From positions 6,014,001-6,078,000 of the forward strand of contig JBHGNT010000020.1 of the NCBI GenBank assembly GCA_043228905.1: a stretch of 64,000 bases of DNA, given 5' to 3'. Origin of the DNA: Azolla caroliniana. Taxonomy: Eukaryota > Plantae > Polypodiophyta. Made by a program: the position numbers and the translations under genes. How positions within the stretch are numbered: position 1 is the first letter of the stretch; each line of letters starts with the position of its first letter. Shown piece after piece: positions 23,940 through 36,498 of the stretch. The notes below the pieces were generated by a model, which made no database searches, had not been told where the DNA came from, and saw nothing but the letters and a program-made list of their open reading frames with translations.

Positions 23940-25774
23940 AACAATAGCGTGAAAGGGGAAACGGCGGATATGGTAATTGAACGAGCGTTATAGCTCGAGT
24001 TGGATGACGAGGAGGAAAGGTTTTCTATGTCCTCCTTACGACAAGCGTTACCTCAGGATGAGGAACGCCAGTTTCGTCAAGCAATCCAATGCACGATTTA
24101 CCTGAACTCGGGGCATTCCGCAGTAGACTGCAATATGCGAATCCACTGCCCAATCTGCCACTCGAAGGCTCACACATTCGACCAATGCGAGTACAATATG
24201 TTAAAAAGAGCCACTCTCGCAGTTCACAGCATGGACGCACAGCGTCAACCGCACCGGGCTGAACAGAGGAGGCAAGAAGACTGACCCCGGTATAAGGATC
24301 GCAACCCGCGGGAGGGCCGGTACAACCGGAATCGCAGGAATCACAACAATTCCGAGGAGGACGACCCAGAGGACGAGGATTATCGTGGACATCCGAGTTA
24401 CGCCAAAGGGGGTCGGCGCTACGAGAATCAACGGCCGACAAACAAACGAGGCGACTTCAATGGCTATCGGGGTAAGCCATGGCAGTATAGGGATCACCGG
24501 CATTACGACGAAAGCTCGGGGGATGAGCGGCACCAAGAACAACGCCGGGACCAACAGCAGCCACCGCGTACGTTCCGACAAACAAGGCCGGACCGCGAGG
24601 AGTAAGTAGCATCAGGGGATGTGTAATCGACGGCGGCTCAGGCGTCAATGTAATTAGCATGAAAAATTGCGAACAATTAGGCATTTCCGAATGGGGGGCA
24701 TGTCCATTCTGGCTCTGCATGGCAGATACCCGCTCAGTGCGACCGTTGGGGTTAATTCGCAAAATAGGCATCATCGTGGGCGGACACCGCTTCGACATCT
24801 CGGTGGTCATCCTCGTTTTGGACGCCCCAGGGGGCGTACCAAGTGCTTCTGGCCAGACCATACCTTCGGACAACAAATATCAAGCAGAGCTAGCAACACA
24901 AGTGTATTAGTTTCCGGCATGGACACACCAAGGTTCGCGTACCTACGGAAGGCAGCACGCCACAACCTAAGGGTATAACACCGTTATACACGGAGGATAT
25001 AAATATGCTGGCTAGGGTGGAAGATGCATAATTGGAGGCATACCTCGACGAACACCCTCGGATTATTCCGTTGTTCGAAATAGATGTCATCGCAACCGCA
25101 GTAGAATATGCCACGGCCACTGTTCCCCACGACGAGCCTTACGAACCAAACCCAAAGTCCATATTGGAACTCAGCAGAGCACGAGCGGCATTCGAAAGGG
25201 AAATGGAGATTTCACGACAAGTCACCGCTTCCGCTCTCGAAGAAGTAAATGTGGGTACGGAATCGGAGCCCCGATTCCTCTCCATCGCAAAGGAATTAAG
25301 GCCGGACCAGAGAATCACGATGATCGCACTACTCACAGAATATAAAGATGTATTCGCTTGGGCTCACGAGGACGTGAAGGGGTTAGATCCCAAGTTCTAT
25401 CAGCATGAGATCAATGTAGCAACTGACGCGAAACCCGTCCAGCAGCGCCGCTACCGCAAGAACCCCAACTACGCGACCCGCGTGGAAGAAGAAATTGACA
25501 AGCTCCTGAAGGCGGGGTTCATACGACCAGTTAAACAAGCGACATGGCTAAGCCCGATAGTGGTCGTTCCAAAGAAAAACGACAAAATACGGGTATGCGT
25601 AGATTACTGAAAATTAAACATCGTAACCATTACGGACGCATTTCCCTTACCCTTCACCGATAGTGTGTTGGACATCGTCGTGGGCCATGAGATGTACAGT
25701 TTTTTAGATGGCTTCAGTGGCTATAACCAGGTACGCATGCATCCCGAGGACCAGGAGAAGACGGCGTTTGTCAC
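23940..25774 (+). repeat. Segmental duplicate of 17669-19502 (Gypsy gag C-term, protease, RT N-term)
   Basis: Offset ~6271 bp; near-identical ORFs (e.g. MDDEEERFSM..., MEAYLDEHPR...) and shared stops. Confidence 0.95.
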
Positions 25775-28349
25775 ATGGTGAACGCAATGAACAAGGTTCT
25801 GAGGGATTGTATCCCGGTCATCACCATGCCATTTTTGGACGACGTCCCGATCATGGGATGCCCGGTGGAGGAAAGGGACGAGACGATCGGACCGGACGGA
25901 TGCAGGAAATTCATGGCGACCCACATCGATGACTGCGAGGAGGTGCTGCAGAGGTTGGAGGGTGCAAGGCTCACCTTCTCCGGGGGGAAGTCGTCCTTCG
26001 GGCAATCTGAGATAATGGTCGTCGGACACCTATGCAGGCCGTACGGCCGGAAACCGTCTCCGGCTAAGGTAGAAGCCATCTCCGCAATGAAGAACGACTG
26101 TAGCTCGGTCACGAAGGTTCGAAGGTTCTTGGGAGCGTGCGAGTTCTACCACATATGGATCCCGCATTATGCTCACGTCGCGGAGCCGTTATACGGGTTG
26201 CTGAAAAAGGGGCGAAGATTCGAGTGGAGAGACGAGCATACGGAGTCTGTCCAGAAGATGAAGGAAGCACTTGTCGCGGCTTCGGCGCTCGAAAAGACTG
26301 GCTACGGAAAGAGCACTCCAATTTACGTAACGGTAGACACGAGTCCGACCGGGATCGGATGGGTCGTCAACCAAGAGGACGAGGATGGCATGCGTTCCCC
26401 AATCCGGTTCGGTGCGAAGGTCCTCAGCGAGCGACAGCGAGGATACGCCCAGGTTAAACGCGAGCTTTGGGGTATCGTTTCAGCGGTAAAGGCCGATAAA
26501 GGCTACCTGATCGGGACAGAGGTAATTATCGAGACGGACTGCCTGCCAATTCTTGGCATGGTTTCCGGATGCGCGACGCCGGACCTGGCAATGCTCAGGT
26601 GGATAGCGTACATCAAGTCCCTGAATCCGGAAATACGACACATTTCCGGGAAAGACAATGCCATGGCCGACATGCTTTCAAGGGCGAGGTTCGAAAACGA
26701 CGGCGGCATGGTTTCAGAGGACGAGGAAGTCGGCGTGGACTTCTTCGAGACGGCTTACGTGACAACCAACAGGGAATGCTCTCCAACGCTTAACGACTTC
26801 GACGAGAGCAAGTACGACGGGGAGTGGCTGTAGATCGACGGGTTCCTGAAAACAATGACACCGAACGCGGCATGGACAACGGACGAGGCCAACCGGATTC
26901 GGAAGAAAGCCTACCGATTCTTTCTCCGGGACGGATACATCTGACCGTGGCGAGTTGGACGCAAAAGAAGCCGAAGAGTTGTTCGACCAGCTAGGAGTCA
27001 AACTTTCGCTCACCACAGCGTACAATCCGGAGGCGAACGGGAAGGTGGAGCGCGAACACAGGCCAATTGTCAAAGCGCTAGTACGGGTGTGCGGAGGCCG
27101 AGTCGGGGACTGGCCACGGCTGCTACCTTATGCCTTGTGGGCGGACCGGTAACCGGGTTCATGCCGGCCGAGATGATGTTCGGACAGAAGCCGATCATGC
27201 CAACAGAGCGAACGATCTCCTCGTGGGCCACAGTGGACTGGAGGGATGAGATGAGCCGAGAGGAACTGTTGGCGGCGCGGATTCGACAGCTCAAGCGGAG
27301 GCCGGAGGACGTAGAACGAGCCGCGGAGAAACTTCAGGTAGCGAGGATAAGGAACAAAGCCCGGTTTGACCGAACACACTGGTCTAGGCCATGGAAGATC
27401 GAGGAAGGCGACTGGGTGCTAGTCTATGACAGCAACCTCAACAATCAGCATAGGGTCACGCGGAAGTTTGCGAGGAGGTGGTTCGGGCCTTACGTAGTAA
27501 CAGGCGCCAACCACAATGGGACGTACCATCTCGCGGAGCTCGACGGTACGAGAATGGCGATACCGATAGCGGGGAAGAGGATCAAAGCGTTCAAGAAACG
27601 GCACGACGGGGAGCCGGGGCTAGGAGGCATGGATAGCGACGACGAGCAGCCCGAGGCAGAGGATGAACTGGTAAACGAGGAATAAAAGCAAGGATCGGTT
27701 TTCTCTCGTAGGAACCCAATTTTGGCGCATACCGGTGGATGCGCGGTTAGGTGGGGGTGGATGTCGTGAAGAAAACCGTCCCCAGGCGCAAACCGTGTAT
27801 AATGTGTGTGAACTGGCCCTTACACGTGGGCACGTCCCTTGTCGTAAAGTAGATAGGTAGGCGCAAGGGTTAGTTCCTAGGTAGCAATATTTCTATAGGG
27901 AGAATCAAGGAGTATCTCTGTCCGAAAGGACAAAGAATTAATGTGATGTAAACGAGCAAGACGGCCTCCCTCCTTGAGCTATAAAAGAGAGGGAGACGGG
28001 GGAGAGAGGGTATCGCGCGCTAGAGGGGACGAAGTGCTGTCAGACTGGGACCGAGCTCTTCTCCTCTATCGTTCTCCATAAGCTTTCTTTGCGCAGGTTC
28101 TCGAGAGGCTGATTCTGCTCCGTGGAACGCCTGTGTGCTTCCGGCAGTATCTCCATCTTGCTCCCCTGTATGCGTGGGTGATCAGGCGTCGACACCCGTC
28201 TCGCCGACCTGATCGATTTTAACCGTCCGACTCATCTGCATACATATATTTATATACGCGTTCTTATACTCTACCTCCTGCCCAACTTGTGTCTCTTGTG
28301 TTGATCGGACTGCGTTCCCGCGCGCTTCTTTGTCTATCCGTGTGTGAGC

Positions 28350-28427
<78 letters not shown>

Positions 28428-28496
28428 ACCTATTCCTCTGTCCAAGACCCCAGTGGTCCCGCCTTGTTCTCCACGCACGCACGTAACAACGCGACA
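25775..28496 (+). mobile_element. GC-rich Gypsy 3' half: RT (FLDD), RNase H, internally deleted integrase, PPT, 3' LTR (27762 to ~28496)
   Basis: PFLDDVPI, VTVDTSPTGIG, ETDCLPI, TTAYNPEANGKVER, RWFGPY; PPT AGGTGGGGGTGGA then TGTCGTG at 27762; CGCGACA end at 28496 (alternative end 28620). Confidence 0.85.
28351..28422. repeat. (TC)36 microsatellite inside LTR
   Basis: Direct reading. Confidence 0.97.
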
Positions 28497-28628
28497 ACGT
28501 TCCATGGAAGCAACCCCAGAGCCAAACACTGAAACACGGTGGGAAAGCCCCAGACCAAAACGGCGCAGATTGGACAGGAAAGATTGGTGGGGGTTGGTAA
28601 AAAACGCCCCCACAGCAACAAAGACACC

Positions 28629-31600
28629 TATTGGGAGACAGGTCCCTCCGGATGGGAAGGGAGAAGAACAGTGCCGATGAACAAACTCGGATGATGAGTA
28701 CCCGGCTATAGAGAGCCGGATGGTGCAGACCCGGTGAGAACCGGATGAGGAGTACCCGGCTACGGAGAGCCGGATGGTGCAGACCCGGTGAGGAGTGCTC
28801 ACCGGATGAAGAGACATTTTCGTAAATATGTTTCTAAGAGTCCATCGAGGCTATATTTGTAAATAGCCGAAAAGTCATATTAGTATAAATATGACTCAGG
28901 GAAAACTTATTGTGTGTGATGTAGAGTTGTTGTTATTCTTGCTGGTGCAAGGAGAGAGAGAGCGCGTAACTGTGTACAGAGAGAGAGAGAGAGAGAGAGA
29001 GAAAGAGGTCGTTGCCTCTGTTGTAACCGCCACTTGTGGCGAAGATCGTGAGCATGAGGTCGTTGCCTCCATGAACTCACTGTTGTACATTCTAACATAG
29101 TGATAGTTTGCAGCCTATGGGCTGCCGTTGTTTTTCCCCCTTAGTTTGGGTTTTCCACGTAAACATCCTATGTACTCTTCTCTTCTTCGTGTCGTGCATT
29201 CTTTCACCGTTTTTTCTGTGTATGATTCTCAGCTCAGTTGAGGCCGAGCGTTGCGTATACGGAGCGTGCGGTTCCTGTCAATTGGTATCAGAGCGAAACG
29301 ACACAGAAAATGGACGATTCGTTGGGAGGCATGTTCAAGCTCACCGGCTCCAACTATTCGGTATGGAAGTCGAAGATGAGGGACATGCTCGTGGTTAAAG
29401 ATCTTTGGTTGCTAGTTCAGTTTGGGGACAAGAGACCAGACAAAATCGACGCCATGATATGGGAGGTGATGCACATGAAGACAACGGCTTACATACGGTG
29501 CTTCATCGACATGAGCCTATACAACAACTTCAATGAAGAGAGCAAGGCTCATGAGCTCTGGGAGAAGATCGGCATTATGTTTCAGAACAAAAATACTGTT
29601 AATCAGGTTTCGGTATTCCGGAAGCTAGTAAGACTCTGGTTCCAAGATGGCTCCAGCATGGCGGAGCACATGAATGCCTTCTAAGGGCTGATCCACCAGG
29701 CAACTTCATTGGAAGTACCTCTCGCCGATGAGGTACTAGCGCTACTCCTGCTCGGTTCCCTCCCGTATAGCTGGGAGACGTTGGTTGTCACTTTGGGCAA
29801 CGCCGGGCCGGAAGGAAAGCGGTTATCCCTAGCAAGAGTAAAGTCGAGCTTGCTAGATGAGGAGGCGCGTCGAAAAGATAAAGATACGAGCTCTGACTCC
29901 AAAGCGCTCCTTACCGAATCAGAACGCGGAAGACATAGAAACCGTAGTCCCTAGAACCGGGAGAAGTCGGGGACACAGTCAAAGTCAAGGGGGAGGCCTA
30001 CTTCCTTCTATTGCGGCAAGCCGGGACACTTCCAAAAGAACTGTCAGCATTTCCGAAAAGACAAGGAAACCGACAGTACCGATTCGAAGCGGACCTCGGA
30101 CCGGAACGGTAAAGACCGGAGGGGGCCGGACCGGAAGGGAACGACGACAATCGCGGCAAGTGAAGAAGAGTTGATGCTCATCACCTAGGAGAGTGAGATA
30201 AACCTTGCCAGCGACGAGATGACCTGGGTGGTAGAATCCGGAGCGTCGTTCCACCTTACCCCGGACCGGAAATGCTTCTCATTCTACTCAACCGGTGATC
30301 ACAGCTGTGTCTGGATGGGGAATGAAGGTACATGCCGAATTGTCGGGATAGGAGACATGTCGCTGACAACACCAACCGGATGCAAGTTGCTGTTGAAGGA
30401 TGTCTGACACGTTCTGGAGGTTCGTCTGAACTTGATATCAGCCGGTAGGCTAGATGATGAAGGTTACACGGGTAGCATCCGGAACGGTGTCATGAAGTTC
30501 AGCAAAGGGAACCTGATTGTGGCTCGGGCCCGGAAGGTCAACACACTGTACCTGATGAATGCACGGTTATGTCCGGAAGAAGTGAACGTGGCATCCGACA
30601 CTGCCGGTGAGCTGTGGCACAAGAGGCTGTGTCATATGAGCGAGAAGGGGATGAAGAGGCTTGCAGACGACAACCTAATTCCAGTGAAGAACGTGCACTT
30701 GGAGAAGTGCACTGATTGTCTGGCCGGTAAGCAAAACCGGACCTCCTTCCGACCAAGGCCACCGATGAGACGTAATGCACCATTGGAGTTGGTGCATATG
30801 GATGTGTGTCAAGTAGAAACGAAGTCACATGCCGGAGCGCAATACTTCGTGACGTTCATAGATGACCACAGCCGGAAGCTGTGGGCCACACCGTTGAAGA
30901 CGAAGGATCAGGTGCTATCCATCTTCAAAGAGCTCCACGCGAGAGTGGAAAGAGAAACCGGCCGGAAGCTGAAGGCGGTTCGAGCAGATAACGGAGGAGA
31001 ATACCAGGTGTAGTTCGAGGAGTACTGCCGCTCAAAGGGAATCCGGCTCAATTTTACTGTGCCGAAGACGCCGAAACTAAATGGACTGGCCGAGAGGATG
31101 AACCGGACCATAATGGAGAGGGTCCGGAGTATGCTAACGCATGCAAAACTACCCAAGAAGTTTTGGGCTGAGGCATTGTCGATGGCGACATATGTGATAA
31201 ATAGATCACCCTCAGTACCCTTGGACGGAGACACACCACAGAGAGTGTGGACCGGTAAGGAAGTGTCCTACCGGCATCTGAAGGTGTTCGGGTGTCTCGC
31301 GTACGTGCATGTAGCTAAGGACCGGAGAGGAAAGTTAGATCCAAAGACCCGGCCATGCATATTCCTCAGTTACGGTGACGATGAGTTCGGCTACCGAGTG
31401 TGGGACCTGGTCGACAAGAAGGTATTCCGGAGTCGAGATATTATCTTCATGGAGGAAAAGACGCTCGCCGACTGGGAGTCGGAGAAGAAGATAGTGAACT
31501 CCGAGTCGACCGGTAAGGATCGACTCTACGATGAGCAGACCCAACCGGCAAGAGACCGGTTAGCACTCGAGGAACCACCCGGTTACGGTGAGGATACCGA

Positions 31601-34052
31601 ACAGGCTGAAAAAGAAGTAGAGGAAGCCTAAACCGGAACCGGCCAAGACCCCGAATCGGATTCGGATGAAGAGCAAATGGAGGAGCCGGTTACCGAAGCC
31701 CGAAGACGGAGATATCCTCTCAGAGAGAGAAGGGCACCCCGGAGATTTCCAGATGCAAAGCATGTTCTGCTGACCGATGAGGGGGAGCCGGAAAGCTTCG
31801 AAGAAGCGAAGGATGACACCCACAACCGCAAATGGTTAAGTGCCATGTAGGATGAGATGGATTCCCTACATGAGAACCATACGTACGAATTGGTGGAGTT
31901 GCCGAAAGGAAAGCGGGCACTCCGAAACAAGTGGGTGTACAAGTTGAAACCGGGAGATGCCGGCAACCCCCCAAGAGACAAAGCTAGGATCGTGGTGAAG
32001 GGGTTCCAGCAGAAGAAGAGCGTGGACTTCAACGAGATATTTGCCCCGCTGGTAAAGATGACCTCCATCCGGACAGTGCTGAGTATAGCAGCAAGCATGG
32101 ACCTCGAGGTAGAGCAACTGGACGTGAAGACAGCATTCCTTCATGGCGACCTTGAAGAGGAGATCTACATGCAGCAACCGGAAGGATTCGTGGAGAAAGG
32201 GAAGGAGCACTTGGTTTGTCGGTTGAAGAAGAGCCTCTACGGGTTGAAGCAGGCCCCCCGGCAATGGTACCGAAAGTTCGACTCCTTCATGGCCGATCAA
32301 GGGTACCACAAGATGCAGGCCGATCACTGTGTGTTTGTGAAGAAGTTCGAAGGAGGCGACTTCCTGATACTCCTTCTGTACGTGGATGACATGTTGATCG
32401 TCGGACGGGACCAAGTCAAAATACGGATGCTGAAGAAGGCTCTCAACCGGACCTTCTCAATGAAAGACTTGGGTCTGGCAAGACAGATGTTGGGGATGCA
32501 TATTATCCAGAACCGGTCAGTGAAGCAATTATGGCTGTCACAGGAGAAGTACGTGACAAAGGTGCTTCACCGGTTCAACATGTCAGATGCGAAACCGGTC
32601 GGATCGACACTTCTGGCAAACTGCAGGGTATCCGGTAAGCAAAGCCCGAAGACGAAAGCAGAGAAGGAGAATATGATGAAGATTCCATATGCCTCTGCCG
32701 TCGGGAGCTTAATGTACGCAATGGTGTGTACCCAACCGGATATAGGATACGCAGTCGGAGTGGTGAGCCGGTTCATGAGCAATCCCGGCAAGGAGCACTG
32801 GAACGTGGTCAAATGGATACTCCGGTATTTGAAGGTCACTTCAAACATGTGTCTCCAATTCGGCTCCGGAAAACCTCAACTTGACGGTTTTACCGATTCG
32901 GACATGTCGGCTGATGTGGATACCAGCCGGTCTACATCCGGGTATGTAATGACATATGCAGGGGGAGTTGTTTCATGGCAGTCCAGGCTGCAGAAGACGG
33001 TTGCATTGTCAACCACGGAGGCGGAGTACATGGCGGCTGTAGAAGCCAACAAGGAAATATTATGGATGAAGGACTTCATCGGAGAGCTCGGTATCCGGCA
33101 AGATGAATATCGGCTCTATTGCGATAGTCAAAGTGCCATCCATCTTGCTAAGAATGCGGCCTACCATTCCCGGACAAAGCATATCCAGCGAAGATATCAC
33201 TAGATCCGGGAAAGAGTAGATGACCAGGAGTTCACACTGACGAAGATCCACACGGCCGAGAACGGGTCAGATATGCTGACCAAAGTGCTGATACCCGACA
33301 AGCTGGATGCATGCCGGAAGAGGATCGAACTAGAAAGACACCCCATGCCGGAGTGAAGGGGGAGACACTTGTTGGGAGACAGGTCCCTCCGGATGGGAAG
33401 GGAGAAGAACAGTGCCGATTAACAAACTCGGATGGAAAGGGAGAAGAACAGTGCCGATGGGAAACCGGATGACGAGTACCCAGCTACGGAGAGCCGGATG
33501 GTGCAGACCCGGTGAGAACCGGATGAGGAGTACCCGGCTACGGAGAGCCGGATGGTGCAGACCCGATGAGGAGTGCTCACCAGATGAAGAGACATTTTCG
33601 TAAATATGTTTCTGAGAGTCCATCAAGGCTATATTTGTAAATAGCCGAAAAGTCATAGTAGTATAAATATGACTTAGGGCAAACTTATTGTGTGTGATGT
33701 AGAGTTGTTGTTATTCTTGTTGGTGCAAGGAGAGAGAGAGCGCGTAACTGTGTACAGAGAGAGAGAGAGAGAGAAAGAGGTCGTTGCCTCTGTTGTAACC
33801 GCCGCCTGTGGCGAAGATTGTGAGCACGAGGTCGTGGCCTCCGTGAACTCACTGTTGTACATTCTAGCATAGTGATAGTTTGCAGCATGTGGGCTACCAT
33901 GGTTTTTCCCCCTTAGTTTGGGTTTTCCACGTAAACATCCTGTGTACTCTTCTCTTCTTCGTGTCGTGCATTCTTTCACCGTTTTTTCTGTGTATGATTC
34001 TAAGCTTGGTTGAGGCCGAGCGTTGCGTATACGGAGCGTGCAGTTCCTGTCA
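28629..34052 (+). mobile_element. Full-length but decayed Ty1/Copia (Tnt1/Tto1/Tork-like); LTRs ~28629-29280 and 33370-34052
   Basis: PBS TGGTATCAGAGC (tRNA-iMet) at 29283; gag, protease (ESGASFH), integrase, RT (YVDD), RNase H; PPT GAAGGGGGAG at ~33355; many CGA/CAG>stop changes. Confidence 0.95.
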
Positions 34053-35987
34053 ATTGGTATCGAAGGCGACGGCTCCACAGCAGTGGAACCCAAGACCACG
34101 TTCGAAATCATCTGGGAGCCACGGCTGATTATTACGACCCAGTCCCAACGAGGGAAAGTTGTATTGACGGCGAAAAGCGAAGTTTTGGCATATCCAGATA
34201 TCCCCGATACGGCCCACAAGTTCAGCGCCCTCTTGCAGTTTGGTACTTCTTTTGAGCTCATGGAGTTCCTGGCAACGCAATAGGTAAAAGCCGCCCAACG
34301 AATGGCCGAAGAGCATGCGGAACGCCAGATGATCGAGCGCGCCCTAACACAAACAACGGAAAGCGACGATGAGGACCGGCTAGCCAGGGTCGGCAGACAA
34401 AGGAACGTCGAGGTACGCCGAGTGGGGATGGAGATACCCTCCTTAAACACGGCCCTAGTCGAAGTCCATCGGGAACTGGCAAAGGTCAGCACGGGCACCA
34501 AGGAGATGGCCATAAAAAATAAGAATGTCTGGAAGAAGGTTAAACTGACCCAAGCCGAACTGCAAAAAGCCAACGCACGCATCGCGGAGTTGGAAGCTCA
34601 CGCGACTATGGCGCAACACGCAACCCCGCCACCGAACCACGTCATCGACGCTCTAAAAGAAGAAATCGAGGCTCAGACCGCCATCGCCTCAAAAGCAAAA
34701 AGGGTCGTGCAACTAGCGGAATCAGAAATTGACCACCTTCGAGCAGAACTACGCCAATCCTCAGACTGAGAAAAGGAGATACGGGCTAACGGTCGGAAGG
34801 CAATAAAAACCCTTGAAGAGAAACTCGCTACGGAGGTAGCTCAGCACATCCGGACAAAAGCAGGGAGGACGCGAAGAAATCGGAGGCGGCAATAGCAGGG
34901 ACTCCGGGCCTTATTAGAAAAAAAGAAGGTATGGTTCGATGAGCAGTTGGTGGTCGAACAAGACAGAAGGCATCAGCTCAAAATCCGCCTAAACAATGAA
35001 ATGGGGAAATTAGAAGAACAGCATGCAAAGGAATCCCAGTTGTGGGTGGGCCTAAAGGCCACGTATGAGGAAGCGGTAGCAGTTAAATAGCAGGAAATCG
35101 CTAATCTCCAGAAGTCGATGGAAGACGCACGCAACCGTTGCCAGGCCATCACAGATAACGTGTGGATCCTTCTCCAAACAAATCGGGAGAGGTTCACAGC
35201 GCAATTGAAAACGGCGTTGGACAAAGGATGGATGGCGTGGGCAACCCAAGCAGCGGAATTGCACACGTATCATGCGGACTGGGAGAACCGACGAAAAGAC
35301 GATCAAGGGTTCTATAAACTAAATGAGGAGAGCATTGCGGCCGTACGGGAGGACCTAGCGCAAGACTATCGTGCGCTAGCGGACCAACACTCCGAAGAAC
35401 TCGCGCAGCTCTTAGATGATTTTGGTGAAAGTCAAGAGGAGCTATTTCACCATATCACACAAGCCGGCAACACGCGCACAAACGAGGAATCCAGCGCGAC
35501 GCCAATTCCGGGCACAGCCGAAGAAGAGGAACCTCAGGCCCGATCACCAGAGATGACAACGATGGAGAATAGCGGGGATCGACGAGCGGAGTTCCCCACA
35601 GGACCAGACAATGAAACCACTACACAACAAGAGGTTCAGCCGCATGAGCCCACACTATCATCAGACCACGCGGAGAACGGTGCAGACCAGGCGGAATCTC
35701 CGCCCCACTCCCCGGAACATACAAAAACGGCTGACACCACGGAGGACGTAACAATGGAGGCAGAGCCGCAGCCGACTGCAAGCACGACGACGGCGGAGCC
35801 CAACCCACTAGCTCAAGAAGAGCCCACCGTACCCGGACCGCCCACACACGGTGACGGCGACTCCAGGAGAAACCAGCCCGACCAAACAGAGGAGCCACAC
35901 CACGATGCACCTACGGGCCCTACGTCACCTCCAGACGCGGACATCGCAACAGAGCCGAACATCCGGGCCATTTTGGAAGAGGATTAA
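34053..35987 (+). pseudogene. Accessory (extra) ORF of the non-chromovirus Gypsy: coiled-coil plus acidic Pro/Thr-rich tail; N-terminal part at ~28506-28634
   Basis: Same-frame ORFs 34023-34283, 34302-34769 and later 35118-35987; lies just upstream of the LTR matching 16709-16945; joins in-frame with ...ATKTP-IG across the Copia insertion. Confidence 0.6.
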
Positions 35988-36214
35988 CAGGATGGGTCCG
36001 ACGTGCCAGGGCACTGTCCCACATGCGTGCCAAGTGTGGTCCACCGGAATAGTAACCGACGGACAAAAGCATAGGAATAAGAAGTTATATAAGAGCATAA
36101 CGCATGTAACGGTTCACGCAGGAAGCGTGAACGGCTAAATAGACCCTGCGTATATAAAGGCCAGAAAACCTCTGATGGAGGTGCGTGTAATTTTGGGGAA
36201 TGTAAAGAAACACC

Positions 36215-36452
36215 TGATTGCCTATGTATAGCTACGGCTAATTCACTGTGTGTGTCTTGAATACCTAAGAGTTTAAGTATGTAAGTGTAACCCTTGACAG
36301 GGATTCGGTTGTAGCCGTCTCCCCTTATACGCTAATAGGTTACAAGGATTCTTCCCTTACGCATTACGCTTAAACACCTGTTCGTTGTTCCACACCCACT
36401 TTAAGGTCTAGGTCGAAGGACTGACCGCGGACCGTGTTCCTAAACGGCAATA
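36215..36452 (+). repeat. 3' portion of Gypsy LTR (LTR start undefined, probably ~36000)
   Basis: About 93% identical by eye to 16709-16945; TATA-like TATATAAAG at ~36151. Confidence 0.85.
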
Positions 36453-36498
36453 GCAGGCTGATGCCATTCGAAAACTCACAACTACAGCCGAAATGTGA

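Noticed and set aside
33674-34582. 302-aa antisense ORF and many other short antisense or overlapping ORFs in GC-rich elements
   Set aside because: Shadows of sense ORFs or spanning LTR junctions and microsatellites, with no recognisable motifs.
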